Made by a program: the position numbers and the translations under genes. The notes beneath the pieces are model-generated. The model had not been told where the DNA came from, did no database searches, and worked only from the letters and a program-made list of their open reading frames with translations. From Kofleriaceae bacterium (GTDB lineage: Bacteria > Myxococcota_A > Polyangia > Haliangiales > Haliangiaceae), in the NCBI GenBank assembly GCA_046597055.1, contig JBKJLC010000087.1, positions 1 through 36,327 on the forward strand: a DNA stretch of 36,327 nucleotides. The letters run 5' to 3'. This document shows positions 1 to 10,646 of the stretch, piece after piece. The stretch's first letter is position 1. Every line of letters begins with the position of its first letter.

Positions 1-2
1 TC

Positions 3-2051
3 TGCGCCGCGCTGGTCGCCGCCGGGTGCGGGGCCACGCCCGGCGCCGATCGCCGCGATGCCGCGGTCGATGCCGCCCGCGCGCCCGACGACGCCGGCGC
101 CGGCGACGCCGCGGTCCCCGGCTTCGCCGTGCAGTACAGCGACCCCGACCACGGGCCGTTCCGCGGCGGCACCTTCGCCACCGTGCGCGGCGCCGGCTTC
201 CGCGCCGACGACGAGGTGTGGATCGGCGGCCGCCGCGTCGTCAGCCAGCGCTGGATCGACTCGCGCCGCATCGAGCTCGAGACCCCGCCCGGCGAGCCCG
301 GCGCCGCAACCGTGGAGGTGCGCCGCGCCGGCGGCGGCGACGTCGCCAGTCGTGCGGGCGCCTTTTCCTACGACGCGATCGCGGTCGATCCACCCGGCGG
401 CTCGGTCGCGGGCGGTACCTTCGTGACCGTGACCGGCTACGGCACCGACTTCGGCGCGGCCCCGGTCGTGCGCTTCGACGGCGTGCCGCTCACCGGCGTC
501 ACCGTGCAGCACGGCCAGCGCCTCACCGGCTTCGCGCCGCCCGGCGTGGGCGGCGATGCCGACGTCGACGTCGCGGCCGCCACCGGCGCCTGGCACGCCG
601 ACCGCGCGTACACCTACCTCACCACCGGCGATCCGTTCTCGGGCGGGTTCTCGGGCCCCCCGATCCACGGCGCGCTCAACGTCGTGGTGATGAACGCGTG
701 GACCAAGGACGGCATCCCCGACGCGTTCGTCGCGATCGGCGATCCGTCGACCACGGCCTACCGCGGGCGCACCGACGCGCTCGGTCAGATCACGTTCAGC
801 GGGCCCGACCTGCGCGGGCCGGTGGTGGTGACCGCGTGGGCGGCCGACCACGAGGTCGGTACCTTCCACTGCGTCGACGCCGAGAACCTGTCGATCTGGC
901 TGCGCTCGCCGGTCCCGCCGCCCACGACCGGGCCTCCGGGGGTCGGCCAGGACGGCGCGCGCATCCGCGGCCACATCGTGTGGGGCGAGGCCGTCGCGCT
1001 GGGCTCGCCGTACTGGAACCTCGTGCCCGAGCCGCGCACCGCGACCGAGCGCAAGCGGGTCTACGTCACCAGCGCGGCCAGCGGCCTCACCGGCCAGCCC
1101 AGCGCGCCGGTCGCGCCGATCGACTACACCGGGCCCGACCGGCTGGCCTGGCCGTTCGAGGTCAGCGCCCGCTCGGGGGCGCTCGCGGTGGTCGCGGTCG
1201 CCGGGCTGTACGACCCGGCCCGCGATCCGAGCGGCCAGGGCGTGCAGGGCTTCGAGCCGTTCGCGCTGGGCGTCGCGCGCGGCGTGCTGGTCGGGCCCGG
1301 CGAGGACCGCGGCGGTGTCGACATCGTCATCAACATCCCGCTCGATGCCGCGCTGCGGGTGCTGCTCGACCGGCCGCCGCCGCTGCACACGCCGGGCTGG
1401 CCCGGCCCGACCGTCTACCGGCTGCGCGGCGGCGTCGATCTGGGCGGCGAGGGCGTCGCGCACCTGGGCGGGCACGGCCTGCCGTACGACCGCGGCTTCT
1501 ACCCGGGCGAGCACGAGCTCCCCGACAGCGCCACCGCGATCACGCTGACCGGCGTGCCGGCGCTGGCCCGCGCGGTCGCCGATGGCTCGTACGCCTTCCA
1601 GATCGGCGCGTTCGCGCCCGGCGGTGGCGCGCCGTTCTCGGTGCGGATCGTGCGCGGCGTCCGCGCGACGTCGACGCCGGTGGTGGTCGGCGACTTCCTC
1701 GGCGTACCCCGCGCGATCGATCCACCGCCGGACGGGATCGGATCGGCGCGTCAGGTCCGGTTCGCGCCCGAGGGCGAGACCACCGGCACGCCCACGTTCC
1801 ACCTGCACATGCTGTCCGACGCCAGCGGCAACCCGGTGTGGCGCGGCATCACCTGCGGCGGCGAGCACGCGCTCGACCTGCCGGATCTATCCTCGATCGG
1901 CCTGGTGTGGCCGCCGCCGGGAGCGCCCCTGTCATGGACGATCTACTCGATCACCGGCCCCGGGCCGTACCGCGACTTCAGCTACCGCTGGCTCAACTTC
2001 AGCTACTGGCGCGGGTACGCCGCGGCCACGTACGGCGTCCAGTTTCCGTGA
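3..2051 (+). CDS. IPT/TIG-domain lipoprotein (5'-truncated by window edge)
   Basis: The frame of ORF 129..2051 is open back to base 3 (CAALVAAGCGATP..., lipobox-like LVAAGC). Two IPT/TIG-like repeats (DPDHGPFRGGTFATVRGAGF; DPPGGSVAGGTFVTVTGYGTDF) precede a beta-rich region. The stop overlaps the next GTG (GTGA). Confidence 0.8.
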   Translation, partial: CAALVAAGCGATPGADRRDAAVDAARAPDDAGAGDAAVPGFAVQYSDPDHGPFRGGTFATVRGAGFRADDEVWIGGRRVVSQRWIDSRRIELETPPGEPGAATVEVRRAGGGDVASRAGAFSYDAIAVDPPGGSVAGGTFVTVTGYGTDFGAAPVVRFDGVPLTGVTVQHGQRLTGFAPPGVGGDADVDVAAATGAWHADRAYTYLTTGDPFSGGFSGPPIHGALNVVVMNAWTKDGIPDAFVAIGDPSTTAYRGRTDALGQITFSGPDLRGPVVVTAWAADHEVGTFHCVDAENLSIWLRSPVPPPTTGPPGVGQDGARIRGHIVWGEAVALGSPYWNLVPEPRTATERKRVYVTSAASGLTGQPSAPVAPIDYTGPDRLAWPFEVSARSGALAVVAVAGLYDPARDPSGQGVQGFEPFALGVARGVLVGPGEDRGGVDIVINIPLDAALRVLLDRPPPLHTPGWPGPTVYRLRGGVDLGGEGVAHLGGHGLPYDRGFYPGEHELPDSATAITLTGVPALARAVADGSYAFQIGAFAPGGGAPFSVRIVRGVRATSTPVVVGDFLGVPRAIDPPPDGIGSARQVRFAPEGETTGTPTFHLHMLSDASGNPVWRGITCGGEHALDLPDLSSIGLVWPPPGAPLSWTIYSITGPGPYRDFSYRWLNFSYWRGYAAATYGVQFP

Positions 2052-3976
2052 CCGCCCCGGCCCGGCTCACCGCCCTGCTCGCGCTGGTGCTGGCCGCCGC
2101 GTGCTCGAAGGGGCAGAGCGATCTGTGCGTCGCCGGCGAGCGCCAGTGCATCGAGAACCGCCAGCAGGAGTGTGGCGACGACGATCGGACCTGGACCGTC
2201 ATCGCCGACTGCGTCGCCCTGGATCAGATGTGCGTCGCCGACCGCGGCTGCCGCGCGTGCTTCCCGGACACCCGCGTGTGTCGCGAGCAGGACATCGTGC
2301 GCTGCCGGCCCGACGGCTCGGGCTACGACGTGCTGGCGACGTGCGACGGCGGCGCCCAGCAGGTCTGCATCGCCGGCGACTGCCTCGATGCCTGCGAGCT
2401 GGCCGCGCAGAGCCGCGACTACGAGGGCTGCGAGTACTGGGCGGTCGATCTCGACAACGCGGTGGTCGCGACCCAGGGCGCGGCCTCGGCCCAGCAGTAC
2501 TCGGTGGTGGTGTCGAACGCGAGCGCGCTCACGGCCACGGTCCGGGTCGAGATCATGTGCACCGCGGCCGACGCCGCCAACCCCGCGACCCCGTGCACCG
2601 TCGGCCAGCCCTACACCGTGGCCGAGCCGCTGCCGCTGGCGCCCGGCGACCTCCGCGTCCTCGATCTCGATCCGCGCGAGCTCGACGGCTCGAGCCGGCC
2701 CGAGCTCAACGACGGCCCCGGCACGTTCCGGTCGGCGCACGCGTACCGCGTGATCTCGAACGCGCCGCTGATCGCCTACCAGTTCAACCCACTCGAGAAC
2801 GTCGGCGTGTTCTCCAACGACGCCTCGCTGCTGCTACCGACCGAGGCGCTGTCGGACCGCTACCTGGTGCTGTCGTGGCCGCAGACGCTGGCCCGGACCG
2901 AGGACCCGGCGACCAACGCCGGCATCGACCTGCGCGGGTTCGTCACCATCGTCGGGGTCGCCGATGACACCCAGGTCGAGGTCCGGCTGTCGACCGCGAT
3001 CCTCGGCGGCGGCGGCCTGGGCCCGGCCGCGGCCGGCGAGGTCCTGGCGTTCACGCTCGATCGCTTCGAGGTCGCCAACCTCGAGACCGACGGCTTCAAC
3101 GCCGACTTCACCGGCACCACGGTCTCGGTGCGCGACGGCGGCCGGGTCGCCGTGTTCACCGGCAGCGAGGCCTCGGATGCGCCGCGCTTCGACACCCTGG
3201 CCACCCGCCGGTGCTGCGCCGACCACCTCGAGGAGCAGGTGTTCCCGGTCGACTCGTTCGGCACCCGGTTCGTCCTGGTCAAGACCCCGCTGCGGTCGCG
3301 CGTGGTCGACGTCGCCGGCTGGGACGTCTCGGTCGTGCCCGACGAGCCCGAGTACTGGCGGCTGATCGCGGCCCAGGACGGCACCACGGTCCTCACCGAT
3401 CTCCCGGTGCCGCAAGATCGCTTCGTGCTCGGCGCGGGCGCCGCGGTGATCATCGAGGCCGAGCGCGACTTCTTGCTCGAGGCCAGCGCGCCGGTGGCGG
3501 TGGTGCAGGTGCCGGCCAGCCAGCACGCGACCGGCATCCCGTCGACCTTGCCCGACGGCCAGCGCCCGCCCGGGGGCGACCCGTCGCTCATCTGGGTGCC
3601 CCCGGTCGAGCAGTGGCGCCGGCGTTACCTGTTCCTGGTCCCCAACAAGTACGCGTTCGACTTCCTGCTGATCGCGGCGCCGGCCACCGCGCACCTCAGG
3701 TACGACAACCTGCCGATCGACCTGGTGCTGACCTGCGAGCGCGAGCCGATGGGCAGCCAGGTGCCAGCCGAGGGCGGCCCGGCGGTCGAGTACGTGGCCA
3801 CCCGCTGCCAGCTGTCGTTCCCGATGCCCGGCGGCCCCGGCCTGCAGGACGACGGCGTCCACGAGGTCACGACCACCGAGGGCGCGCCGTTCGGGCTGAT
3901 CGTGTGGGGCTGGGACAGCTTCGTCAGCTATGGCTATCCCGGCGGATCCAACGTCGAGCGGCTGAACATCGACTGA
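2048..3976 (+). CDS. IgGFc-binding-protein N-terminal-domain lipoprotein with Cys-rich N-terminus
   Basis: True start is GTG 2048 within ORF 26..3976. Lipobox LVLAAAC, Cys-rich repeats, and motifs GCEYWAVDLDN, AYQFNPL..VFSNDASLLLP, DHLEEQ, GDPSL..PPVEQWR..YLF and terminal VSYGYPGG. Confidence 0.85.
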   Translation: MTAPARLTALLALVLAAACSKGQSDLCVAGERQCIENRQQECGDDDRTWTVIADCVALDQMCVADRGCRACFPDTRVCREQDIVRCRPDGSGYDVLATCDGGAQQVCIAGDCLDACELAAQSRDYEGCEYWAVDLDNAVVATQGAASAQQYSVVVSNASALTATVRVEIMCTAADAANPATPCTVGQPYTVAEPLPLAPGDLRVLDLDPRELDGSSRPELNDGPGTFRSAHAYRVISNAPLIAYQFNPLENVGVFSNDASLLLPTEALSDRYLVLSWPQTLARTEDPATNAGIDLRGFVTIVGVADDTQVEVRLSTAILGGGGLGPAAAGEVLAFTLDRFEVANLETDGFNADFTGTTVSVRDGGRVAVFTGSEASDAPRFDTLATRRCCADHLEEQVFPVDSFGTRFVLVKTPLRSRVVDVAGWDVSVVPDEPEYWRLIAAQDGTTVLTDLPVPQDRFVLGAGAAVIIEAERDFLLEASAPVAVVQVPASQHATGIPSTLPDGQRPPGGDPSLIWVPPVEQWRRRYLFLVPNKYAFDFLLIAAPATAHLRYDNLPIDLVLTCEREPMGSQVPAEGGPAVEYVATRCQLSFPMPGGPGLQDDGVHEVTTTEGAPFGLIVWGWDSFVSYGYPGGSNVERLNID

Positions 3977-4306
3977 TCACGTCACGGGTCCGACCCGCGA
4001 TGGCGGCCGCGCCTCGATCGCTATACCGTCGCGCGTCGTCGATCGAGGTCGGGAGACCAGGGGGCTCGGCCTGTCGTTCTTCTGGCGGTTTCACCTCGCG
4101 CGACGCGACGATGGCGGACTGACGATCTCGGACGAGCGTCCGTGACTGTCCGGATGACCGGGAGTGATGCACTGGCGCTCGCTCCCGTGTAGTCAGCGCA
4201 AGCGCGCTCACGCTCACAGCGCGCGAGTGTGAGCCGGTCGATTTTTCTTGAGCGCCCGTGGCACCTGCCCCTACGGTGCCCCTTCACGGTCACCAGGGGG
4301 AGCTAC

Positions 4307-5158
4307 GTGGACGACACTGATCGAGTGCTACGCCCGACGACGCCGTTCGTCAGGCCGACGGCCGCCGAGGTCTTCGATGACCCGACGCCGACGACGGCGC
4401 CCTCGTGGGCACCGCCACCCCGCCTCGCACGCGGCACCGTCATTCCCTCGTCCTCGTCCTCGTCGCGCCGGGCGCGCCCGGCGGTTCCGCCGGTGCCGAA
4501 GCTCCGGCCGCTGGTCTTTCAGGAGACGTCGCCGGACCTGGTGGTGCGGCTGATCCCGTCGCCGCGGTGGTGGGGCCCCGTGGTCCGGGTCGATCTCGAC
4601 GTGCCGGTGTCGGCGGCAACCGCCGATGCCACCGCGCCGGTCGTGCGCATCGGCGCGCGGGACTGGCGGCCGGTCGCGGCCGCGGGCGCCGTCGGCGTCG
4701 GCGTCGTGCTCGCCGCGGCGTTCGCGTTCGGCGCCAGTCGGTCTGGATCCGCGGCATCCTCGGCCTCGTCGAGCGTCGCTGCGCCGGTCCAGGTCGCCAG
4801 CGCGGTCACTGCGCGGCCCGTGGTCACGCCGATCGCGGTCGAGCCCCTCGACCCCGAGGCCGTGCTCCCCGACGTGCCCGCCGCCGCGCCCGCCGAGCGG
4901 GCGATGCCGATCGCCGCGCCCGCGCCCGCGCCCAGCCACGGCGTCCTCATGATCGGCGCCAAGCCGCCGTGTCGGATCCTGATCGACGGCAAGGACACCG
5001 GCCTCACCACGCCGCAGCGTCAGGTGCGCGTGCCGGCCGGCCGCCACACCATCACGCTGGTCAACGCCGAGTTCGGCATCGAGCACACGTCGACCGTCAC
5101 CGTGACCGGTGGCCGCAAGGCCAAGCTCATCCGCGACCTCTCCGCCGCGATCGACTGA
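4307..5158 (+). CDS. Membrane-anchored PEGA-domain protein
   Basis: GTG 4307 follows GGGGGAG. Pro-rich N-terminus, one TM segment (VAAAGAVGVGVVLAAAFAF), C-terminal PEGA (GVLMIGAKPPCRILIDGKDTGLTTP...VPAGRHTITLVN). ORF track starts at 4229. Confidence 0.75.
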   Translation: MDDTDRVLRPTTPFVRPTAAEVFDDPTPTTAPSWAPPPRLARGTVIPSSSSSSRRARPAVPPVPKLRPLVFQETSPDLVVRLIPSPRWWGPVVRVDLDVPVSAATADATAPVVRIGARDWRPVAAAGAVGVGVVLAAAFAFGASRSGSAASSASSSVAAPVQVASAVTARPVVTPIAVEPLDPEAVLPDVPAAAPAERAMPIAAPAPAPSHGVLMIGAKPPCRILIDGKDTGLTTPQRQVRVPAGRHTITLVNAEFGIEHTSTVTVTGGRKAKLIRDLSAAID

Positions 5159-5198
5159 CCGACTGGTCCGAGCCGGCGGGCGCCCGACGCGGCGGGGG

Positions 5199-6122
5199 CT
5201 ACGACCGCGCGCCGCGCCGCAGGTGGGCGACCAGCTTGCCGAACAGGCCGCGCACCGCGTTCTCGACCGCTTCGCGGCGCAGCTGCGGCAGGTAGCGCGC
5301 GTCGTACGTGCGCCGCGGCACCTGCACCTTGGCGCCACCGGACAGGAACGACAGCATGCGGCCGCGACTGTCGGAGATGGCCAGCCGCAGCTGGGCATCG
5401 ATCTCGACGAAGTTGCCGGTGTGGCGGGTCTCGAGCGAGACGATGCTGAGGTCGACGTTGCGCAGGTCGAGCCCGAAGCGCGCGGCGTCGTTCGCGACCG
5501 TCGTCACCGTGGTGTGGCTGGCGATCTCGGACGACATCACCGAGCGCAGCGCGGCGGCGTGGACCTTGCGTGCCTGCTGGTCGTAGCTGGCCGGCGAGTC
5601 GTCGCTCGCCGACTTCACGATCACGTAGAGCTCGGGCCGCGACGCGACCGCGCGCGGTCGGTTGCCGAAGCCGGCCTTGGCCGGCTGCGCGACCGCCGGC
5701 TCGAGCCCGTTGGCCGCGCACACCAGCACCACCGCCTCGGCGGCCCGCTTGCGCACGAGCGGGTCGGCGTCCTTGGCCGCGTTGCGCAGCGCCGGCAGCG
5801 AGGCGCGGTGGCCGAGCTTGCCGAGCCCGGCGGCGGCGATCGCGCGGACCGACGGGCTGGCGTCGGTCAGCGCGGCGACCAGCGGCTTGAGCGTCGGCTT
5901 GCTGGCGAGCCGCGCGAGCGCGGTCACCGCGGCGATCCGCTCGCGCTCGGTGTGCGATGCGCCCAGCGTGCTCGCGAGCTCGGCGATGCGCTGACTCTCG
6001 TCCGCGTGCGCGGGCGCGCTGCCGGCGACCAGCGTCGCGCTGACCAGCGCGATCCCGACGCTGCGGCGCAGCCACGCGGCTCCGCCGAAGACACCCCGGC
6101 AGAAGATCGTGCGCGCCACCAT
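5199..6122 (-). CDS. Exported HEAT-repeat protein
   Basis: Signal peptide ending APAHA; HEAT repeats (LVAALTDASPSVRAIAAAGLGKLG; ALRNAAKDADPLVRKRAAEAV); alpha/beta C-terminal domain. Confidence 0.8.
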   Translation of the reverse strand: MVARTIFCRGVFGGAAWLRRSVGIALVSATLVAGSAPAHADESQRIAELASTLGASHTERERIAAVTALARLASKPTLKPLVAALTDASPSVRAIAAAGLGKLGHRASLPALRNAAKDADPLVRKRAAEAVVLVCAANGLEPAVAQPAKAGFGNRPRAVASRPELYVIVKSASDDSPASYDQQARKVHAAALRSVMSSEIASHTTVTTVANDAARFGLDLRNVDLSIVSLETRHTGNFVEIDAQLRLAISDSRGRMLSFLSGGAKVQVPRRTYDARYLPQLRREAVENAVRGLFGKLVAHLRRGARS

Positions 6123-6134
6123 CCGTCGCGTGCG

Positions 6135-6163
6135 ATTACGCCTGTCGCAGATCGACGAGTCAA
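6135..6163 (-). promoter_or_regulatory. Putative sigma70-type promoter of the HEAT gene
   Basis: Minus strand TTGACT-N17-CGTAAT, 12 nt upstream of ATG 6122. Confidence 0.5.
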
Positions 6164-6273
6164 TTTGTTTCGCCCCTGACCTTCACTGACTCGATGTGCG
6201 ACGACGTCGTGTCGCTCGTCAGGGATGGCGAGGTGTATCGTGACCGCGTGAACCTCTCGCTGCTGTTGACGAC

Positions 6274-7179
6274 GTGGTGCGACTCGCGCGCACATGGAGC
6301 TCGGGTTTGACACCCGACGAGCGGTTGCCGACGACGACGCTCAAGGTCGGCACCATCGCGACGGTGGTCGCGCTGTCGGCGGTGGTCGCGTACGTGCAGT
6401 TCACCGGCGACGTCGGCCTGCCGCCCAAGCCGCCGCCGCCGGCGTCGGGCGGCGGCGCCTCGGAGCAGCTCGATCGCATCGCCGACTCGGCCGGGAGCTG
6501 GCAGGCGTTCCTCCTGCGCGACGCGGCCGCGGCCGCGATCGCGGCGCCGGCGCCGGCCGATATGGCGCGCAAGCTGCGCCACCGGATCGACGAGGAGGTC
6601 CGCGTGATCGCGCCCGGCGAGGGCACGGTCGAGGTCGCCGGGCTCAAGCTCACCGCGGGCGTCGCGGACGACGAAGGCACGCGCCGGCTGTTCACGCTGT
6701 CGATCGAGAACGCGACCGACAGTGATCTCGCGTACCGCGTGCTCACCGAGCCGCGCCCGGGTGGTGCGGCGTGCAACCAGCGCGCGATCCTGCCGCACGA
6801 TGCGATCGTCGTGCGACGCGGCACCACCGTCGTGCGCAGCGAGTGCAGCTACCGACCCGGGATGTCGCTGCGCATCTCTCGCGTCGAGAGCATGGAGCTG
6901 CTGCCGCTGATGGGCTTCTACGTGTCGCGGCTGCCACCGGCCGCGCTCGGCGCCGACCCGCGGCTCGCGCGCGGTCACCAGCCCGACCTGCCGACGGGCT
7001 GGACCGTGTGCACCACCGTGGCGTCGCAGTCGGTCCGCTCGGCCATCGAGCAGGGGAAGATCGCCTGGCGGGATCTCGTCGATTTTTATGCGCGCCACCG
7101 GTGCGAGACCTATACGTTTCCCGAGGGATACCGGGCGTTTGAGAAGAACGCCGCCCGCCCGTTGCCCGTCGTGGAGTGA
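6274..7179 (+). CDS. Hypothetical membrane-anchored protein
   Basis: GC3-rich ORF with one N-terminal TM (IATVVALSAVVAYV) and a Cys-containing C-terminal domain. No family recognised; start uncertain. Confidence 0.7.
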   Translation: MVRLARTWSSGLTPDERLPTTTLKVGTIATVVALSAVVAYVQFTGDVGLPPKPPPPASGGGASEQLDRIADSAGSWQAFLLRDAAAAAIAAPAPADMARKLRHRIDEEVRVIAPGEGTVEVAGLKLTAGVADDEGTRRLFTLSIENATDSDLAYRVLTEPRPGGAACNQRAILPHDAIVVRRGTTVVRSECSYRPGMSLRISRVESMELLPLMGFYVSRLPPAALGADPRLARGHQPDLPTGWTVCTTVASQSVRSAIEQGKIAWRDLVDFYARHRCETYTFPEGYRAFEKNAARPLPVVE

Positions 7180-7219
7180 CCGCCTTCGCGACTGCTTCAT
7201 TTGTTCCGCGGCGTTAGGC

Positions 7220-7249
7220 TTGCGTCCAGACACGGATTGCGGATAGCCT
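7220..7249 (+). promoter_or_regulatory. Putative sigma70-type promoter of the IHF gene
   Basis: TTGCGT-N18-TAGCCT, 30 nt upstream of GTG 7280; GGAG Shine-Dalgarno-like motif at 7265. Confidence 0.35.
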
Positions 7250-7279
7250 GAACTCAGATTTCGCGGAGTTACGGTCGTC

Positions 7280-7657
7280 GTGACAAAGTCCGAGCTCATC
7301 GAAAAGATCTCCGAGGGTCTCAAGCTTCCCGCCGGGAAAGCCGAAGCCATCGTCAACTGCGTCTTCGACTCGATGGTCAAGGCCCTCGAACGTGGCGAGG
7401 GCATCGAGATCCGAGGCTTTGGAAGCTTCACGGTCCGCGAGTACAAGGCCTATGAAGGCCGGAACCCGCGCACCGGCGAGACGGTCCATGTCGCCCCGAA
7501 GCGGCTGCCCTTCTTCAAGGTGGGCAAGGACTTGCGCGAACGCGTGAACTCCGCGGTCGGCACACCGTTGCCCGTCGACACCAGTCCAGACAACGACGAC
7601 GACCTGGCCAGCGATCCCGAGCTCGACGACGACGAGCCCGACGACGTCGCGCGCTGA
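7280..7657 (+). CDS. ihfB: Integration host factor beta / HU-family DNA-binding protein with acidic tail
   Basis: MTKSELIE..., IEIRGFGSF, GRNPRTGE, PFFKVGKDLRERVN; about 35 extra Asp-rich C-terminal residues. Confidence 0.85.
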   Translation: MTKSELIEKISEGLKLPAGKAEAIVNCVFDSMVKALERGEGIEIRGFGSFTVREYKAYEGRNPRTGETVHVAPKRLPFFKVGKDLRERVNSAVGTPLPVDTSPDNDDDLASDPELDDDEPDDVAR

Positions 7658-7680
7658 CCGCGCCCGGCCGGCGCGGTTGC

Positions 7681-9750
7681 TCAGCGCCGCCGGATGACCC
7701 GACCGGCGTCGCCGTCGACCTCGAGCCAGTCGCCATCGACGATCGTGTCGACGATGCCGGTGCAGCCGACCACGCACGGGATGCCGAGTTCGCGCGCCAT
7801 CGCTGCGCCGTGATCGAGCAGCGAGCCATGCTCGCAGACCAGGGCGGCGGCGCCCTCCACGATCAGCGCGAGCGCCGGGGTGATCGCGCGCGCCACCACG
7901 ATCGCGTGCGGCGGCACCCGCCCGGCGTCGGCGAGCTGCGAGATCACCGCGGCGGGCCCGACCACCCGACCGCCGATCCCGTCGCCATGCCAGGCCGCGG
8001 CCGCGGGGCCGGCTGGCGCATCCGCGCTCGTGATCGTGAGCGGCAGCTCCCACCCGGCGGCGCGCTCGGCGGCGGCGCGGGCCCCGGCGGCGCGGGCGGC
8101 GGCGCGCACTGGGTCGATCGCGGGCGCCGGGGCGTGCGCGTCGGCGACGACCTCGTCGAGCGGCAGCCAGCACACATCCTCGGCCGCGATGCCGGCGCGG
8201 GCCGCGTAGGCGAGCAGCGCGCGACGGACGACCGCCTGCGCCCGCGCGAACAGCAGATCGTCCTGCTCGGCCAGGTCGGCGGCGGCGCGGGCGAGCGCGA
8301 CCACGGCGGTCAGCGCCGGGGGTACGTCCGGCTCGGGCGGCGGCGCCGGCCGAGCGCGGGCGCGCAGGATCGCGTCGTCGATCAGGGCCGGCCGCTCGGC
8401 GAAGGTCGGGGCCGCGACGTCCCACGCGAGCGCGACGTCGCCGATGCGGTCGAGCAGGGCGGCGCGATCGATCCGGCCGGCCGCGGCGTCGGCCACCGCG
8501 ACCACGACCGACGACGGCCGGCGCGGTACCAGGGCGGCCGCGCGCGCGATCGCCTCGCGTGCGGACGCCCCGCTCGTGCGGAGGGCATCGATCAGCGGAC
8601 GCCGCCCGGCCGCCACCAGCGGTCCGATCTCGATCGCGAGCACCCGATACGCGGCGAGGTAGGCGGCGAGCGCGGCGTCGAGATCGGCACCGGCGCCGGC
8701 CAGCGCGCGGTCGACCGCGCCCGCGTGGCTCGCGTAGCGCGCCACCAGCTCGGCCTGGTCGGTCGGGGCCGCCGGCGTCACCACGCCCTCGCGCGGCGCG
8801 GCGTACAGGAAGCCGGCGACCACCGCGAGATGGAACGGCGCCAGCGCGGCGCGCTCGACCCGCTCGCACAGCCCGGTCTGCGCCGGCGACAGCGGGTCCG
8901 GGTTGTGCGCGACGTCGCGCACCCACGCGCGCGGCGGATCGCGCAGCGCCGCCAGCAGGATCGGCGGCGCCGGCCGGCGCGGCGGACGCACCGGCGGATG
9001 CACGACCGGGCGCGCCTGCACCACCGCCCAGCCGGCGGCGCCGTCGATCAGCTCGACGTCGGCGCCGCCGGTCGCGCCGATCGCGGCCTCGGCGGCGAGC
9101 GCCAGCCGCACCGCCGCGGCCAGCTCCGCCGGCGCCGCCTCGGGATCGCGGCCCAGCCGCAGCAGCTCGCGGTCGCCGGCGGCGAGCCATAGCTCGTCCG
9201 CGTGCGGCCGCCCCGGTGGCCGGGTGTAGACGACCACCCGCGCGCCGGCGCGCGCGCGCTGCACGATCACGCCGGCGGGCTGCGCGGCCGCGCCGCGCGC
9301 GTAGGCGATCACCAGCGGGGTCAGCGACGCCGCCCACACCGCGCGGATCGCCGGCCACACCTCGGCGGGCGCGACGCCGAGCACGCTGAGCCCGAGCCCG
9401 GGCGCGGCGGCCTCGGCGCGGTCCTCGAGCGCCATCGACGAGCGCACCACCAGCGGCCCGCCGAGCGCGTCGGCGCGCGCGCGGACCTCGGCCTCGAGCG
9501 CGGGTGGGATCGCGGCGGTCTCGGCGGCGGCGGTCCACGCGGCGAGCCGGGCTCCGACCTCGGCGAGCGCGGGCGCCGCGTGGTCGTCGGGCGCGCCGCC
9601 GGTCACCCGCTCGAACGCCGCGCCGGTCAGCGCGAACCCGGCCGGCACCGGGAGCCCGGCGGCGATCAGCCGGGCCAGCCCGGCCGCCTTGCCGCCCGCG
9701 CGATCGCCGGCCTCGGCCAGATCGACGACGAGCGGGGCGGGCGACGACAC
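7681..9750 (-). CDS. PEP/pyruvate-binding + PEP-utiliser mobile-domain phosphotransferase (PEP synthase / rifampin phosphotransferase-like architecture)
   Basis: ATP-grasp motifs GGKAAGL, VVRSS..ED, VVQARPV; C-terminal phospho-His swivel motif GSLLDHGAAMARELGIPCVVG...VDGDAGRV. Confidence 0.85.
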   Translation of the reverse strand: MSSPAPLVVDLAEAGDRAGGKAAGLARLIAAGLPVPAGFALTGAAFERVTGGAPDDHAAPALAEVGARLAAWTAAAETAAIPPALEAEVRARADALGGPLVVRSSMALEDRAEAAAPGLGLSVLGVAPAEVWPAIRAVWAASLTPLVIAYARGAAAQPAGVIVQRARAGARVVVYTRPPGRPHADELWLAAGDRELLRLGRDPEAAPAELAAAVRLALAAEAAIGATGGADVELIDGAAGWAVVQARPVVHPPVRPPRRPAPPILLAALRDPPRAWVRDVAHNPDPLSPAQTGLCERVERAALAPFHLAVVAGFLYAAPREGVVTPAAPTDQAELVARYASHAGAVDRALAGAGADLDAALAAYLAAYRVLAIEIGPLVAAGRRPLIDALRTSGASAREAIARAAALVPRRPSSVVVAVADAAAGRIDRAALLDRIGDVALAWDVAAPTFAERPALIDDAILRARARPAPPPEPDVPPALTAVVALARAAADLAEQDDLLFARAQAVVRRALLAYAARAGIAAEDVCWLPLDEVVADAHAPAPAIDPVRAAARAAGARAAAERAAGWELPLTITSADAPAGPAAAAWHGDGIGGRVVGPAAVISQLADAGRVPPHAIVVARAITPALALIVEGAAALVCEHGSLLDHGAAMARELGIPCVVGCTGIVDTIVDGDWLEVDGDAGRVIRRR

Positions 9751-9802
9751 CGCCGCATCCTACCCCTGCTGACCGGCCGCGCCGGTGCTACCGTGGACGG
9801 TC

Positions 9803-10558
<756 letters not shown>

Positions 10559-10646
10559 TCTCGCGCGGGGCCCGAGCCATGAGGCCGGTTCCCGGGCGAG
10601 CGCGCCGCGGTCGGGCGGCGGCACCGCAGCGGCCGCCGCGGGTCTC

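Noticed and set aside
26..2047. N-terminal half of the 1316-aa ORF 26..3976
   Set aside because: Arg-rich shadow frame over the IPT gene; the real protein starts at GTG 2048 with its own lipoprotein signal.
7681..9750. Calling the PEP-utiliser ppsA or a rifampin resistance gene
   Set aside because: It lacks the C-terminal PEP/pyruvate TIM-barrel of PpsA, and substrate specificity cannot be read from the sequence.
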